Source of the DNA: Armatimonadota bacterium
Lineage (GTDB): Bacteria > Armatimonadota > Armatimonadia > Armatimonadales > Armatimonadaceae
Direction: 5' to 3'
Length of the DNA stretch: 64,000 nucleotides
Assembly (NCBI GenBank): GCA_043754515.1
Contig: JAYUUO010000150.1
Span: forward strand, 32,001 to 96,000
Shown: positions 17,710 to 28,185 of the stretch, piece by piece
Numbering within the stretch: the first letter of the stretch is position 1
How the letters are laid out: each line of letters opens with the position of its first letter
Notes under the pieces: generated by a model
What the model saw: only the letters and a program-made list of their open reading frames with translations
The model's database searches: none
What the model was told of the DNA's origin: nothing
Position numbers and translations under genes: made by a program

Positions 17710-19836
17710 TTAATCCTTCGGGTCGAAGGTGATGCGCTGCTTGGACTCGATAGGCTTATCGCCGCGAGTCGCCGGTTTCCAACGCCACGACTGGCAGGCG
17801 CGTAGCACCGCCGCGTCTACTTCCTCGTTCCCCGAGGATTTGATAATCTTAATCGTGGACGAGCCGTTCGCGCTGATCGAGAACTGAACCTCGACCGATT
17901 TCGGATCGGTCGCCTTCATGTCATCGGTAATCGCCGGATTGCGCCGCGAGGTGGCCCTCGCTTCCGTCAGTGCCTCCACCGCGACCGGATCGACATCCTT
18001 GGAAATTTCGCCGCCCTCGACGTCACCTTTCCTACGATCACCAGTCTTACCCGATCCGCTACGAACCTGGATAGGCCCGTTGTTACTGCCCTCTTTAGTA
18101 CCAATCTTGGTGGTTTTGATATCGGCTCCGCTGTCGCCGCCGCCGACCTTGATGTCGGAGCGTTTCGCCTTGCCCGCGGAGCCGGTGCCGTCACTGTTTA
18201 GATCAGGTCCTTTCCCTGCCCCGCCCTTGACACCGAATGAGCCTGGCGAGCCGCTCCCGCTTCCGACGCCGACCCCGGCACCGCCGCGAACGGGGCCACC
18301 GCCGCCACCTCCAGGGCCGTCGCCCGGCCCGCCGGAGCGACCGTCCCCGACATCGCTGGGAGTACCGCCCTGCTTCCCGCCGCGCACCCCGCCACTGACT
18401 CCCGCGCCGCCCGCCGCGCCGCCAAGCCCGGAAGTGCGGGGCGCGCCGCTACCGGGTGCTCCCTTACCACCGGCGACACCCGCCGCGCTGACACCGCCCT
18501 GTTCGCCGCCCGCGACTCCTGCCGCGTCGCCGCCCGCACCGGCACGCGGACCCGCGCCGACTCGAAGCCCGACCGGGCCACCCCCGCCGCCCCCGCCCAC
18601 GGAAAGTCGCGGGGCACCGAGGCTGTCCCCTCCGTTGCCAACCTGATTACCCCCGCCGCCCGAGACGCGGGACGATAACGTGGCGTTACTGTTCGCGCCC
18701 GGCGCGCCGCCCGCCTGGGTCCCACTCATTCTCGCCACGATGGATCCCGGCCTGAGTCCGCTACCTTTGGCGACCGTGAAGTCGCCCTTGTTCGAGCCAG
18801 TACCGCCCGCATCTGCTTGTGTCAGTATGTTATTGCGCAGGCCAGACTTGCCGCCTAGCACGCCCATCGTCGGCCCGGACGAAGCACTGAGCGAAGGCCC
18901 AGAGATCGCGCCGGCGGAAGCACCGGAAATCCCAACCGATCCGCGCGCCGCTCCGGCGATACCGGCGGGGCCGGAGGAAGTGGCACCGCTCTGGCTGCCG
19001 AGCCGTAGGGACGGCGCGCCCGTCGCGCGATTATTAGACGAACGCGCGGAGGTAAACTGGCCCGCTTCCAGAACGGCGGACGCACCGGCCACCCCTTCCG
19101 CCACGTTAGCGGCAGAGCGACTGCCCCTAGCAAGCGAAGCCGAACCACCACCCGCAGGACCGCTGTTCGGCAGTGAAGGAGCGGTGATATTCGGATCAAC
19201 GGATTGGACGCCGCCGCGGGCACTCGGTGCCGCGGTGACGGCGGTCGTCGCCATCGCCGCGTTCGTGGAGCGGTTCGCCGCCTGCGTAGGGGCCGTTCGC
19301 CCGACCGTGCTCGTTTGTACCGGCTCGGTTCTATCCTGCGTCGTCGTGGTCACTTCCTGTTCCACCGGTTTGGGCGGGGGAGGGGTTTGCGCTGGTTCCG
19401 GGGGCGTCTCGTCGGGCGGCGTTTCCCGTGTCACCGTTTTGGGTTCCGGTGTGGCTTGTACCGCTTCGTTCGGCTTCGGCTTCGGTGGGGGAGGAGTTTG
19501 CACCGGTTCCAGCTCACGTGGCGTCGGCGTCTTCTCCGGCTGTACCTTGGCGACGTTCTTGGGGGCGGGTGTCGGCACTGGCTTCGGTTCATTTGCCTTG
19601 GGTGTTTCCACCGGCGCGGGGGTGATCGAAGGCATCTCGATGATAAGCGGTGGCGTTTCTGCGGCCAGTGAGAGTTGTCTCTCCTCCATACCGCGCGCGG
19701 CCCCGATGAGGAACAGCAAGTTGACTGCGAGGGACGTCGAGAAGCCAATCAGAACCCGCTGGCTCTGCTTGCGCTCTACCTCGGGGGCGATAAGTGCCCC
19801 CGAGGAAGGGGATGTATTCTGAGTGTTATCTGCCAT
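17710..19836 (-). CDS. tonB: TonB-family energy transducer with Pro-rich and very long Gly-rich linker
   Basis: N-terminal TM helix, Pro/Glu/Lys-rich region, TonB C-terminal domain 'VEVQFSISANG…SSGNEEVDAAVLRACQSWRWKPA'. Follows the exbD genes. Confidence 0.8.
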   Translation of the reverse strand: MADNTQNTSPSSGALIAPEVERKQSQRVLIGFSTSLAVNLLFLIGAARGMEERQLSLAAETPPLIIEMPSITPAPVETPKANEPKPVPTPAPKNVAKVQPEKTPTPRELEPVQTPPPPKPKPNEAVQATPEPKTVTRETPPDETPPEPAQTPPPPKPVEQEVTTTTQDRTEPVQTSTVGRTAPTQAANRSTNAAMATTAVTAAPSARGGVQSVDPNITAPSLPNSGPAGGGSASLARGSRSAANVAEGVAGASAVLEAGQFTSARSSNNRATGAPSLRLGSQSGATSSGPAGIAGAARGSVGISGASAGAISGPSLSASSGPTMGVLGGKSGLRNNILTQADAGGTGSNKGDFTVAKGSGLRPGSIVARMSGTQAGGAPGANSNATLSSRVSGGGGNQVGNGGDSLGAPRLSVGGGGGGGPVGLRVGAGPRAGAGGDAAGVAGGEQGGVSAAGVAGGKGAPGSGAPRTSGLGGAAGGAGVSGGVRGGKQGGTPSDVGDGRSGGPGDGPGGGGGGPVRGGAGVGVGSGSGSPGSFGVKGGAGKGPDLNSDGTGSAGKAKRSDIKVGGGDSGADIKTTKIGTKEGSNNGPIQVRSGSGKTGDRRKGDVEGGEISKDVDPVAVEALTEARATSRRNPAITDDMKATDPKSVEVQFSISANGSSTIKIIKSSGNEEVDAAVLRACQSWRWKPATRGDKPIESKQRITFDPKD

Positions 19837-19986
19837 GTTGTTATTGAACTCCGTTCACGGTCGCGCCGTTCCCCGCTAAATATCAAAGAGCGGCGGGCGT
19901 GGTATCGGAAAGCCGATTTTCATCCGCTGTCCGTCGCGCTGTTGGACACCGCACGCCGCTCTCTGCTTCAAATCATGCTTGTAAAA

Positions 19987-20496
19987 CTATTTGGCTGGTT
20001 GCACGGGCGCGGGTTGCAAGGTTTGCGGGATGATACGCCGGTCCACCGAGATCGCGAAGCGCTGGATGCCCTTCTGGCGCGCCGAGTCAATGCAAGTGAC
20101 CACCAGCCCATGAGTTACCCCGGTTTCGGCATTGATAACCACGCTCATGGTCGAGATGGCCTTCTTGGAGAGCACTGCGGTCGGTTTCTTCTGTTTGATC
20201 CGCTCCTGAGCAGTCGCCGCGTCGAGCACCGATTGGCCCACTTTATCAATGGTGACGGGGTTGTTGTTGACGAACACGCCGCCGTCGCGCTTTATCTCGA
20301 CCGTTAGTTGCGTATCAACCTTGTTGATCTTCGGCTGAGTCGTGGAGTCTTCCTTCGGCAGGTTCATGCCGATGGACTCGAGATTGATGATGCTCAGTGC
20401 GGAGAGCAGGAAGAAGACGAGCAGGAAAAACATCGTGTCGATCATCGGGATGATCTCGATCTTGGTACGCTTCGTCTCTCGGGACCGTCGTTTCAT
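19987..20496 (-). CDS. exbD: biopolymer transporter ExbD
   Basis: 'KIEIIPMIDTMFFLLVFFLLS' with the conserved TM Asp. Confidence 0.9.
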   Translation of the reverse strand: MKRRSRETKRTKIEIIPMIDTMFFLLVFFLLSALSIINLESIGMNLPKEDSTTQPKINKVDTQLTVEIKRDGGVFVNNNPVTIDKVGQSVLDAATAQERIKQKKPTAVLSKKAISTMSVVINAETGVTHGLVVTCIDSARQKGIQRFAISVDRRIIPQTLQPAPVQPAK

Positions 20497-20509
20497 AAAA
20501 GTTGCTCCT

Positions 20510-20995
20510 TCACTGCTTTCCGGCCGTTTCCTGCTCGACAGTGTTCCTGCCCTTGGCGGCGATCCCGAACTTGACGAACCCCTTCGCCCGCGCCGAGTCA
20601 ATCGCCTTCACGACCGCCGCGTTATCCGTCTCATAATCCGCGTTGATGACCACGATCAGGCTCTTCACCTTCTTACTGAGCAGAGTCGCGTCGGCGGTGT
20701 TCGGCAACAGGTTCGACTTCTGCGCGGAACGGATCAACGCGTCGCCGACATCCGCTGGCGCGAACGTCGTGTTGTCTATCTGCGTGGAGCCGTCGGGGCG
20801 CACCGTGACCGTAAGGTCCGCCTTTCTCTGCGGCTTGGTCGCGGTCATCGCTTTCGGCAGTCGCACCTTGGACCCGGAGAGGCTGATGATGTTGAGCGAC
20901 GAGAGCAAGAAGAAGACGAGCAGGAAGAACATCGTATCGATCATCGGGATGATCTCGATCTTGGTCTCTTTGATGTGTGATTTGCGTTTTTTCAT
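20510..20995 (-). CDS. exbD: biopolymer transporter ExbD (second copy)
   Basis: Identical TM motif 'KIEIIPMIDTMFFLLVFFLLS', 'VVINAD…VVKAID'. Confidence 0.9.
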   Translation of the reverse strand: MKKRKSHIKETKIEIIPMIDTMFFLLVFFLLSSLNIISLSGSKVRLPKAMTATKPQRKADLTVTVRPDGSTQIDNTTFAPADVGDALIRSAQKSNLLPNTADATLLSKKVKSLIVVINADYETDNAAVVKAIDSARAKGFVKFGIAAKGRNTVEQETAGKQ

Positions 20996-21094
20996 GGGTT
21001 CAGTGGCCGTGGCAACGAGCACCATCGTATGGGGAACTTTCGCCGCCGCCCGATTCCGGGCGGCGGATGCGACAACACCCCGTACCCCGCCTAT

Positions 21095-21895
21095 CTAGCG
21101 AGGCGGCGCGATTTTGCGCTGTGCTTCCTCAAGCGCGGTTATAGTACGCGTGGCTGCTTGTTCCGTCTCCCCGAGCGCGTTGCGGCGGCGCGAAGTGAAG
21201 TAGTTGTAGAACCCGAAGCAGATCAGCGCGATGAAGATGCCGGACGCGGTCGCGTACAGCGACTCGCCGACCCCGCCCAGTACCGACGCCTTCGCGGCTT
21301 CCGACTGGCCCGCTCCCTGGAACTTTTGGAAGACGCGTACCATGCCGATGATAGTCCCGAGCAGACCCAGTAGCGGCGAGAGGGTGGTCGCGGAGTCCAG
21401 CAGCCACATGAATTTCTCTAGCTTCAACTCGTAAGCGACGACTACTTCCTCTGCTCGCGATTCGAGCAGATCCTTCGTATCGTTGCGGTTCTGAATCAGG
21501 GTGGTTAGAACATCGGCGACGGGACCCTGCTGTTGCCCCGCAAGCCCAAGTGCCCCCTGAAAATCACCGCCGCGCAACTTCTGGATCACGCTCGGCACCA
21601 GACCGGGCGCGGTGTTCGCTAGCGTCCTATACGCCATGAACCGCTCCACGATGACCGTGATCGCGGTTAAGGAGAGCGCGAGCAGTGGCCACATAACGAA
21701 GCCGCCGGCGTTGAAAAACTCAACCGGCCCCATCGTTTTTGCTTCCGGGGCGGCGGCGGTGTCCTGTGCCCAAACGGCACCGGATGCCGCGACGAGCGTA
21801 GCAAACGTGGCGGCCCCCGTGACCCAGCTACGTAGTGTGCGCGATTTTTTGACGGCGACATGTGCCGCGCTATTAATGGTGGCTTGAAGATTCAT
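21095..21895 (-). CDS. exbB: MotA/TolQ/ExbB proton channel with N-terminal signal peptide
   Basis: 'GGFVMWPLL', 'SPLLGLLGTIIGM', 'ESLYATASGI'. Confidence 0.9.
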   Translation of the reverse strand: MNLQATINSAAHVAVKKSRTLRSWVTGAATFATLVAASGAVWAQDTAAAPEAKTMGPVEFFNAGGFVMWPLLALSLTAITVIVERFMAYRTLANTAPGLVPSVIQKLRGGDFQGALGLAGQQQGPVADVLTTLIQNRNDTKDLLESRAEEVVVAYELKLEKFMWLLDSATTLSPLLGLLGTIIGMVRVFQKFQGAGQSEAAKASVLGGVGESLYATASGIFIALICFGFYNYFTSRRRNALGETEQAATRTITALEEAQRKIAPPR

Positions 21896-22303
21896 GGTTC
21901 TCCAGTCTTCTCCCGACACGGCTTGATCTGATCGTTGCCGCTCGGGCTCGGTATACCTTAGAAAAGCGTTTGGGTATAGTTACGCTTCCAGCAAGGCGCG
22001 GCGCGGATGAGTTATAGTCCATCCGGACGGCTATAGTTTATAAATATCCGCGACCGCTGTCTCGCGGCACGGAGCGATTGTACCCGCAAATCGTGCCCGT
22101 TCAACAGACATGCAACACGTTTCTCACCGTCACGCTAAAATAATTAGCGACAAGGCGGCTCTCACGCGTGGCGCCGCAAGCCCCCGTCACGCCGGTAATG
22201 GGTGCGGCATCGAGCCGGGTGGCGTGGTGCCCCCGAATCTCCATGGTTTATCCGCGACACAGGCAGGTTCTTGTGACCCGTGCCACATATAGACGATCTT
22301 TTT

Positions 22304-25300
22304 TTAGAACCGCGTGTAAACCGACGTCAGAAGGCGGCGCCCGATCTGAACACGACTCGCCTCGTACGCGTTGTACGAGTTGTACCGGTTCCGCTGGTCG
22401 AACGCGTTCTCCACGGATATGTCGAGGCCGAACAGCCGCCGAAAGAAGCGCGGGCTACTCGCCAGGTGAAGGTTCACCTCCGCGATCCCCTGGCGGCTGT
22501 TACTATTCGGCAGGCGCGAGCCGTACAGCCCGCTCCCGAGGTAGGCGCTAAGCCCTACCATATAGCTCGCGCGGAGCCGGTAAGACGCGCCGAAGTTCAG
22601 CGTCTGCTCCTGATCCAGATCCGGGCGGCGGCGCTGCACCTGCCGTCCCAGCGAGTCGAAAGTATAGCCCAGATTTTGGAACTTCACCCCGCCGTTCGTG
22701 TAAGTCGCGAAGGCGGTGAGCGGGTTACCATTCCGAAAGGTCGGATTGTAGTTGTAGGAGATTTCAATCCCTTCGGAGATCGCCCTCGGGTAATTCACCA
22801 AGACTAGCGCCCCCGTACTAAACTGCGCCCCCGGGAAAAGTCCCTCCACGTCCAGGTAGTTCTGGAACTGGATCGTGTAGAAGGTGCCTTTAACGACCTG
22901 ATTCGCGCCCAGCTGTTTCTCCAGCCCCAATTCGTAGGAGTCGCCGGTCTGCGGGCGGATCGCGGAGGCTCCGAAGTAGGTGCCCTGCGACAGCGGGGGC
23001 CTTTGGAAAAGGCGGTCGTACGAAGCGCGTAGCACCGCGCGGCGGGTGCCGACCCCGCCCAGGAAGCCTAGCGGCCCCCGGCGCGGCAGTTGCAGGGCGA
23101 AGTTCAGGCGCGGTGAAATCTCGCCACGATCCGAGCTTGGGCTACCCGCCACGCCCGTCGCGGCGTTGCCGCTCACCCGGTTCAGGCTGAACCCGTCGTA
23201 TCGAATCCCGCTGTTAAGCGTGAGTGCCTGATTGAACGACCATGTGTCCTGTATATAGAGTGCGGAGTAAGTGCCGTCGCGGCGTATCCGAAGCGACGGT
23301 GATTCGGCGGGTAGGCCGGTTTGATAAGCGACGACTCGGTTCCCGAAACCGTCCCGAATTCCGGAAGGGTCCGCCGTCACGCTGGGGGGCAACAGGGAGG
23401 GGCTTCGGGCGTACAGGGCGTCCAGCGCGACCTGACTACCCGGCTCGAACCGGTACCGCTCGTTCAACTGGTAGCTGTTGTACAGTACGCCGCCTTTTAT
23501 GATGTGATTTCTACGCGCCGCCACGACATCCGCTTGTATCTGGATCTGGCTGTAGTCGCGGCGTACAGTCGGATTGTACTCCACCGAACTGTTGCGCCGG
23601 TAGAGAGGACTGTTCGGGTTGGTGAGGTCGCGGGGGTCGAAGTTGCGGTTCGTGTTCTCGAGCCGCACCTGGTTGTCCATGCTACCGATGGTCAGAGTCA
23701 CGGTCGAGTCGGGGTTGGTGACGATGTCCTTCGGGCGGAGCGTCCGGCGGAGCGTGATCAGGGCGAGGTTGTTGTTCTCCTTCTGGTGTTGGCTCTGATA
23801 CTCTTCGTCCTGGGACGGCAACGTCGCGGGGCTCTGCTGGAAGGCACCCGTGTTCTCGACATACCCGAGATAGCCCACGCCCCCGGCGCGGTCCCTGTTC
23901 GCGATGCCGCTCCGCGCCCCGTTGATGTTGATCAGCCCCTCGATCTGTAGCTTAGGGCTGGGCACGAGCTCGAACTTGCCGAACAACGAATTGTTGTAGC
24001 CAGCGTTGTTCAGCGTCGCCTTTTTCTGCGCCGCCTCCGCGATCGCGCTGGTGTTTCGCTGGCTGACGTGGAGTAGATAACCGACGCCCGGCTTCGTCAC
24101 CGTCTCCGCGCCCGGCGCGACGAACGCTCCGCCGATGACCGATTTTCGCGGCTTCGCCCGATCCAGTACCGCCTGCTGGCGCGCGGCGGCGGCGGCGAAG
24201 CGGCCGCCGAGCGGGAATCGCTGGCCGACCGTGATGTATGCCTCGGCACCGTTATAATCGCCGGTGGTTAGCAGTCCCTCGATGGTCGGCGTGGCCCCCG
24301 CCGAGCGGGTCGTTAGATCTACCGCGACGCCCACGTCGCCGCCGTACTCAGCGGACAGGCCGCCGGTTCGTATGTCGTAGCGTGCGATCATCTCCTGCGG
24401 CAGAAAGCCCTGGAGTTCCCCGGCGGGGAGCGACGGCAGAAGAAACCCATCCAAGTACGTCGCTATCCCGAATCGCTGGCCACGCGGATGCACCTGATTG
24501 AGCGAGTTGCGTACGAAGCCGGGCGCGCTAGCAAGGACGTCGTTGATCTCCTGTCGGCTGCTGACGGCGACCGGGATTTCACGGACGAACTGCTGTGAAC
24601 GCCGGACGGTGTTCGTGGTTTCGCGGGTAGACAGCAACGTGAATGGCTCGATCCGCTCGCGAAACCGCAGGTAGACCGTGACCTGTGTGATGCGGTCGGG
24701 GAGCACATCCACCACGGCGCGGCCCGTCTCGTAGCCGTCCTTGAGGACAACTACCACCCATCGGTGGGTGGTGAGTGGGTCGGATATGACGAACCCCGGA
24801 CCGCCGAGAGGACGATTACTCTCGTCGCGCCGCGTGGAGTCGCCGACATAATAGGGAACGGATCGTAGATCGGTCAGGGTCGGGTCGTCGAAGAAGATCG
24901 CCGCGTCGCTCAGGAATTCCTTCGAGATCGCGTCGCGCACGAAAACCCGGACTCTGCCTCGGGGCAACGTGGCCGGCGAGGGGGGGGGCGCGATCGTGGG
25001 CAGGGGGGTCGCTTGCGCGGGCACCGCCGGGGCGTTGGGAGTCTGTGCCAGAGCGGGCGCGGAAGATAGGGCGGCGACCAGAATCGTCAAGGGGAGCGAC
25101 GACAAAGGGCACCGCCCGGCGGACGTTCCCCTTGACGGCACCACGGCCGTTAAACTCACCGAGCGTGACCCCTTATTGCTCCGGTGAGCGGTGGTCGCGG
25201 CGAGTAGTTCGCCCCATGTGGGTAAACCGTGTGTTTCCCCGACGTTCCGAACTCGCATTGGCAATCCTCCTGAGTATTTTCCGCGGTAACCACTTTCGCG

Positions 25301-25339
25301 GTCGGCGGCGTCAATTTTATACATGGCGGGGATGAGCAT
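22304..25339 (-). CDS. TonB-dependent outer-membrane receptor (true start probably ~200 bp inside the ORF)
   Basis: Signal peptide 'ILVAALSSAPALA-Q', plug 'HPRG…YLDG…TGGLSAEYG', 'LYIQDTW…GIRYD', 'ENAFD', C-terminal Phe. Confidence 0.85.
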   Translation of the reverse strand: MLIPAMYKIDAADRESGYRGKYSGGLPMRVRNVGETHGLPTWGELLAATTAHRSNKGSRSVSLTAVVPSRGTSAGRCPLSSLPLTILVAALSSAPALAQTPNAPAVPAQATPLPTIAPPPSPATLPRGRVRVFVRDAISKEFLSDAAIFFDDPTLTDLRSVPYYVGDSTRRDESNRPLGGPGFVISDPLTTHRWVVVVLKDGYETGRAVVDVLPDRITQVTVYLRFRERIEPFTLLSTRETTNTVRRSQQFVREIPVAVSSRQEINDVLASAPGFVRNSLNQVHPRGQRFGIATYLDGFLLPSLPAGELQGFLPQEMIARYDIRTGGLSAEYGGDVGVAVDLTTRSAGATPTIEGLLTTGDYNGAEAYITVGQRFPLGGRFAAAAARQQAVLDRAKPRKSVIGGAFVAPGAETVTKPGVGYLLHVSQRNTSAIAEAAQKKATLNNAGYNNSLFGKFELVPSPKLQIEGLININGARSGIANRDRAGGVGYLGYVENTGAFQQSPATLPSQDEEYQSQHQKENNNLALITLRRTLRPKDIVTNPDSTVTLTIGSMDNQVRLENTNRNFDPRDLTNPNSPLYRRNSSVEYNPTVRRDYSQIQIQADVVAARRNHIIKGGVLYNSYQLNERYRFEPGSQVALDALYARSPSLLPPSVTADPSGIRDGFGNRVVAYQTGLPAESPSLRIRRDGTYSALYIQDTWSFNQALTLNSGIRYDGFSLNRVSGNAATGVAGSPSSDRGEISPRLNFALQLPRRGPLGFLGGVGTRRAVLRASYDRLFQRPPLSQGTYFGASAIRPQTGDSYELGLEKQLGANQVVKGTFYTIQFQNYLDVEGLFPGAQFSTGALVLVNYPRAISEGIEISYNYNPTFRNGNPLTAFATYTNGGVKFQNLGYTFDSLGRQVQRRRPDLDQEQTLNFGASYRLRASYMVGLSAYLGSGLYGSRLPNSNSRQGIAEVNLHLASSPRFFRRLFGLDISVENAFDQRNRYNSYNAYEASRVQIGRRLLTSVYTRF

Positions 25340-25734
25340 GCAATCCCCGCGCCGACTTCGGCGAACCTATCACCCGTTTGCCGTCATCACTCGGCCTACT
25401 CCCCGCCACGCGACAACCGCGCGGCTCTCGCGATGAGACAACGGCGGTGAGGGAAGCGTTGCTTGGGCGAACCCGAGTCATCACGCGCGGCGAGTAGTCA
25501 TGTGTTCCTTCGTCGCGCGTGCCAAGTATACGGTCGCGAGGCGAACCCTGTCAAGCATCGCCCCTACGCGGCCATCCCGTGTTCGGTGAGGACAGCAGAA
25601 CGCGGGAACCGCGTTCGGGGACGCGCGTTGAAGACTTCGGCACACGATACCACGCTTCGGGGCATTTCAAACGTTAATTGTTCCGTCCCTGGGCGCGTAT
25701 CGTGACGTCTGCCACTAGAAAAATATCCAAATCC

Positions 25735-26493
25735 ATGAGCGAAATAATCTACTCCGGCGGCGTCACCCTCGCCGATAAAACGATCCTGATCGCCGGTGCC
25801 ACCGGCGGCATCGGGAGCGTCGCCGCGCTACGACTCGCCCGTCTGGGCGCACGCCTCTTCCTGTCCGGCAGGAGCGAAGCCAAATTGCGCGCCCTGGTCG
25901 GCGAAATCGAGTACGCCACGGGTGCCGAACCCGGCTCCTCGCCAGCCGATCTCGGCGACGCCGAGCAGGTGACACGCCTGATGGGGGAGGCGAGTGCCGC
26001 GTTCGGAGCCGCCCCCGATGTCGTGATCAACGCCGCTGGCGTCGGCGCGATTCGCCCCATCGAGAGTCTAACCCCGGAAGACTTTCAGACGCTGATCGCG
26101 ACGAACCTGCTCGGCGCGATGTATCTGTCGCAGGCGGCGGTACGCGTCATGGCTCCGAGGAAGAGCGGGCACATCCTGCACGTCGTCGGCATCCTGGGCA
26201 AAGCACCGATGGCGAACGCGACGGCATACTGCGCGAGCAAATACGGGCTGACTGGCTTCCTCGCCGCGCTCCGTGCCGAAGTGTCGCGTCGCCATAACAT
26301 CAAAGTAACCGGCCTCTACCTCGGCGGGGTGGACACGCCATTTTATGACAACCCGGCGGTCGAGATGAAAGTGCAACGCGACAAGATGTTGTCCGCGGAC
26401 GACGCGACGAACGCCGTTTTGTACGCCCTCGCCCAACCCGCCCATCTGGTGATGGGCGAAATGACTCTGCAACCCGAGAGTCACCAGTTATAG
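25735..26493 (+). CDS. SDR-family oxidoreductase
   Basis: 'AGATGGIG', 'INAAG', 'YCASK'. Confidence 0.92.
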   Translation: MSEIIYSGGVTLADKTILIAGATGGIGSVAALRLARLGARLFLSGRSEAKLRALVGEIEYATGAEPGSSPADLGDAEQVTRLMGEASAAFGAAPDVVINAAGVGAIRPIESLTPEDFQTLIATNLLGAMYLSQAAVRVMAPRKSGHILHVVGILGKAPMANATAYCASKYGLTGFLAALRAEVSRRHNIKVTGLYLGGVDTPFYDNPAVEMKVQRDKMLSADDATNAVLYALAQPAHLVMGEMTLQPESHQL

Positions 26494-26537
26494 GAGATGC
26501 GACGGACCGGTGTCGGTGCCCCGACCAGCGTGCTCGG

Positions 26538-27536
26538 TCAGGGCGTACAGCCGTAGGCGGGCTCGAGACACGGCGACCACCACTGCGAATACCCGGCCGG
26601 GCGGCGCGGGTCTTCTGCCTGCCCCGGAACATGGTAAAAACTGGCTGTGGAGGCGGACTTCGCGTGCCCGTCACCCCACAGCACGACGGCTCTGCCCCCA
26701 TGCCGCGCGAGCGGCGCGCCGTACTCCGGCAGATTGATGCCCGGCACCGCGCCCGCGTGGGTGAGGAGGTAGCCGGTGCGCCCCGCCGTGTCTGGCTGAC
26801 CGGGCGCGGGGCTTGATGCCTGTTTCCGGTACCACTTCTCCGGGGCGATGCCCAGTACAGGTGCCGACACGCCGTCGGTTATCATCACCGTCTCGGCTGG
26901 CTTCGCGGTCTGGGGCAGATTACTGCCACCTACAGTGCCGGTGCCGGGAAAAAAAAAGTTGTAGGCGTAAGTGACGGGGTAGCGGACGGCGGGGGTGTCC
27001 CCGGTGCCCGGGGTGTTGCCGAGGTCAGCCGACTCCGACGGGCAACGGAAGATCGCGTTGCTTTTCACGTACGGTTGCAATAGCCGTGCCCAACTGTGCG
27101 TGGTATTTGTCGCGGGTGCCGCCGGGGTGACGCGGTAAAACGCGAGTATGTAAGTCTCGTCGTAATCCTGGCTGTACTGGAGCATCGCAAGCCCGATCTG
27201 CTTCATGTTACTGACGCATGTCGCCTGCCTCGCCTTCTCGCGGGCTTGCGCGAACACCGGAAATAATATCGCGGCGAGGATCGAAATGATCGCGATTACG
27301 ACGAGCAGTTCGATCAGCGTGAATGCGGCTGCCGCATTCGTGAACGCGGAGCGTTTGACGCGGGTAAAACCGCCTCCTCGACAAACGTGGCTTTTATCTG
27401 TCGCGGATTGTGCCCGCGTGAGACCGCACGGGGCGGTATGTACCGGGGTATAGGTCGGCGCGGTGAGCGGGCGTGCCCGCGGCGCGTGGGCTTCGGTTCC
27501 TGGTCTTACGAGCGGCCTGATAAAGTTTGTTCGCAT
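26538..27536 (-). CDS. prepilin-type DUF1559 / H-X9-DG protein
   Basis: '[34 protein letters not shown]', 'RCPSE', '[16 protein letters not shown]'. Start uncertain. Confidence 0.9.
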   Translation of the reverse strand: MRTNFIRPLVRPGTEAHAPRARPLTAPTYTPVHTAPCGLTRAQSATDKSHVCRGGGFTRVKRSAFTNAAAAFTLIELLVVIAIISILAAILFPVFAQAREKARQATCVSNMKQIGLAMLQYSQDYDETYILAFYRVTPAAPATNTTHSWARLLQPYVKSNAIFRCPSESADLGNTPGTGDTPAVRYPVTYAYNFFFPGTGTVGGSNLPQTAKPAETVMITDGVSAPVLGIAPEKWYRKQASSPAPGQPDTAGRTGYLLTHAGAVPGINLPEYGAPLARHGGRAVVLWGDGHAKSASTASFYHVPGQAEDPRRPAGYSQWWSPCLEPAYGCTP

Positions 27537-27633
27537 GGGTTGCTGTCGTTTCTATCCGGTTGTCGCGCGGTGGGACGCCGCGCGGGAATATCTGGTCATA
27601 ATATCAGACGCGCCGCCCCCGTCTCGGAACTCC

Positions 27634-28179
27634 TCAGTGTCGCCGACCGCGCCGGAACGGGTTCGCCTTGCGCAGGCCGGTTTGGAGCGCGTCCGCGCCG
27701 ACGTGCATCCCCGTGCCGAGAACCAGACCGACAACCGCCGCGTCGAACAAGCGCGGCTGACGCTTCGGAAAGTCGACCAGCGCGGCGAACGCGGAATCGG
27801 TCATGGCGTTGCGGTTCATCGGTGCCACGAACGCTGCTACCCATGTCCCCGCGCGGAACACGATGTAAGCGATAGCCAGGAAGTAGATCACCCGCAGGAG
27901 CGGTGCCAGCAAAAGCGAATGCGAGAGGAACGAGCGGTGCGGGATCAGTTTCTGGTAGGGCCACCATAGGAAGCGGAGCAAGCCCCAGCGGTGATAGATG
28001 GAGGAGTCGAGGTCCAGATCCGGCGACAGCATCAGCCCGGAAAACAGCGTCGAGACGACGAGAACGGCGCAGGCGGCGTAATCGCCCCGCCAGGCGGGTG
28101 GTGCCATTAGAAGCCACGCGGGCACGCTCAGGGCGGCACCGAAGAGGGTTAATCGGTCGTGTGTTTTGCCGTCCGGCAT
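27634..28179 (-). CDS. DUF2227 putative metal-binding membrane protein
   Basis: 'MPDGKTHD', 'SPDLD', 'WWPYQKLIPHRSFLSH', 'HVGAD'. Confidence 0.85.
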   Translation of the reverse strand: MPDGKTHDRLTLFGAALSVPAWLLMAPPAWRGDYAACAVLVVSTLFSGLMLSPDLDLDSSIYHRWGLLRFLWWPYQKLIPHRSFLSHSLLLAPLLRVIYFLAIAYIVFRAGTWVAAFVAPMNRNAMTDSAFAALVDFPKRQPRLFDAAVVGLVLGTGMHVGADALQTGLRKANPFRRGRRH

Positions 28180-28185
28180 GGTGAA

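Noticed and set aside
17918..19822. Long plus-strand ORFs (242 and 380 aa) opposite tonB
   Set aside because: Antisense shadows of a GC-rich low-complexity gene, with no motifs or RBS.
22010..22040. Imperfect palindrome TATAGTCCATCCGGACGGCTATA upstream of exbB
   Set aside because: Single copy, needs a gap to pair, and does not resemble a Fur box.
25340..25730. Possible cobalamin or other riboswitch upstream of the TonB-dependent receptor
   Set aside because: The conserved B12-element core motifs could not be found on either strand.
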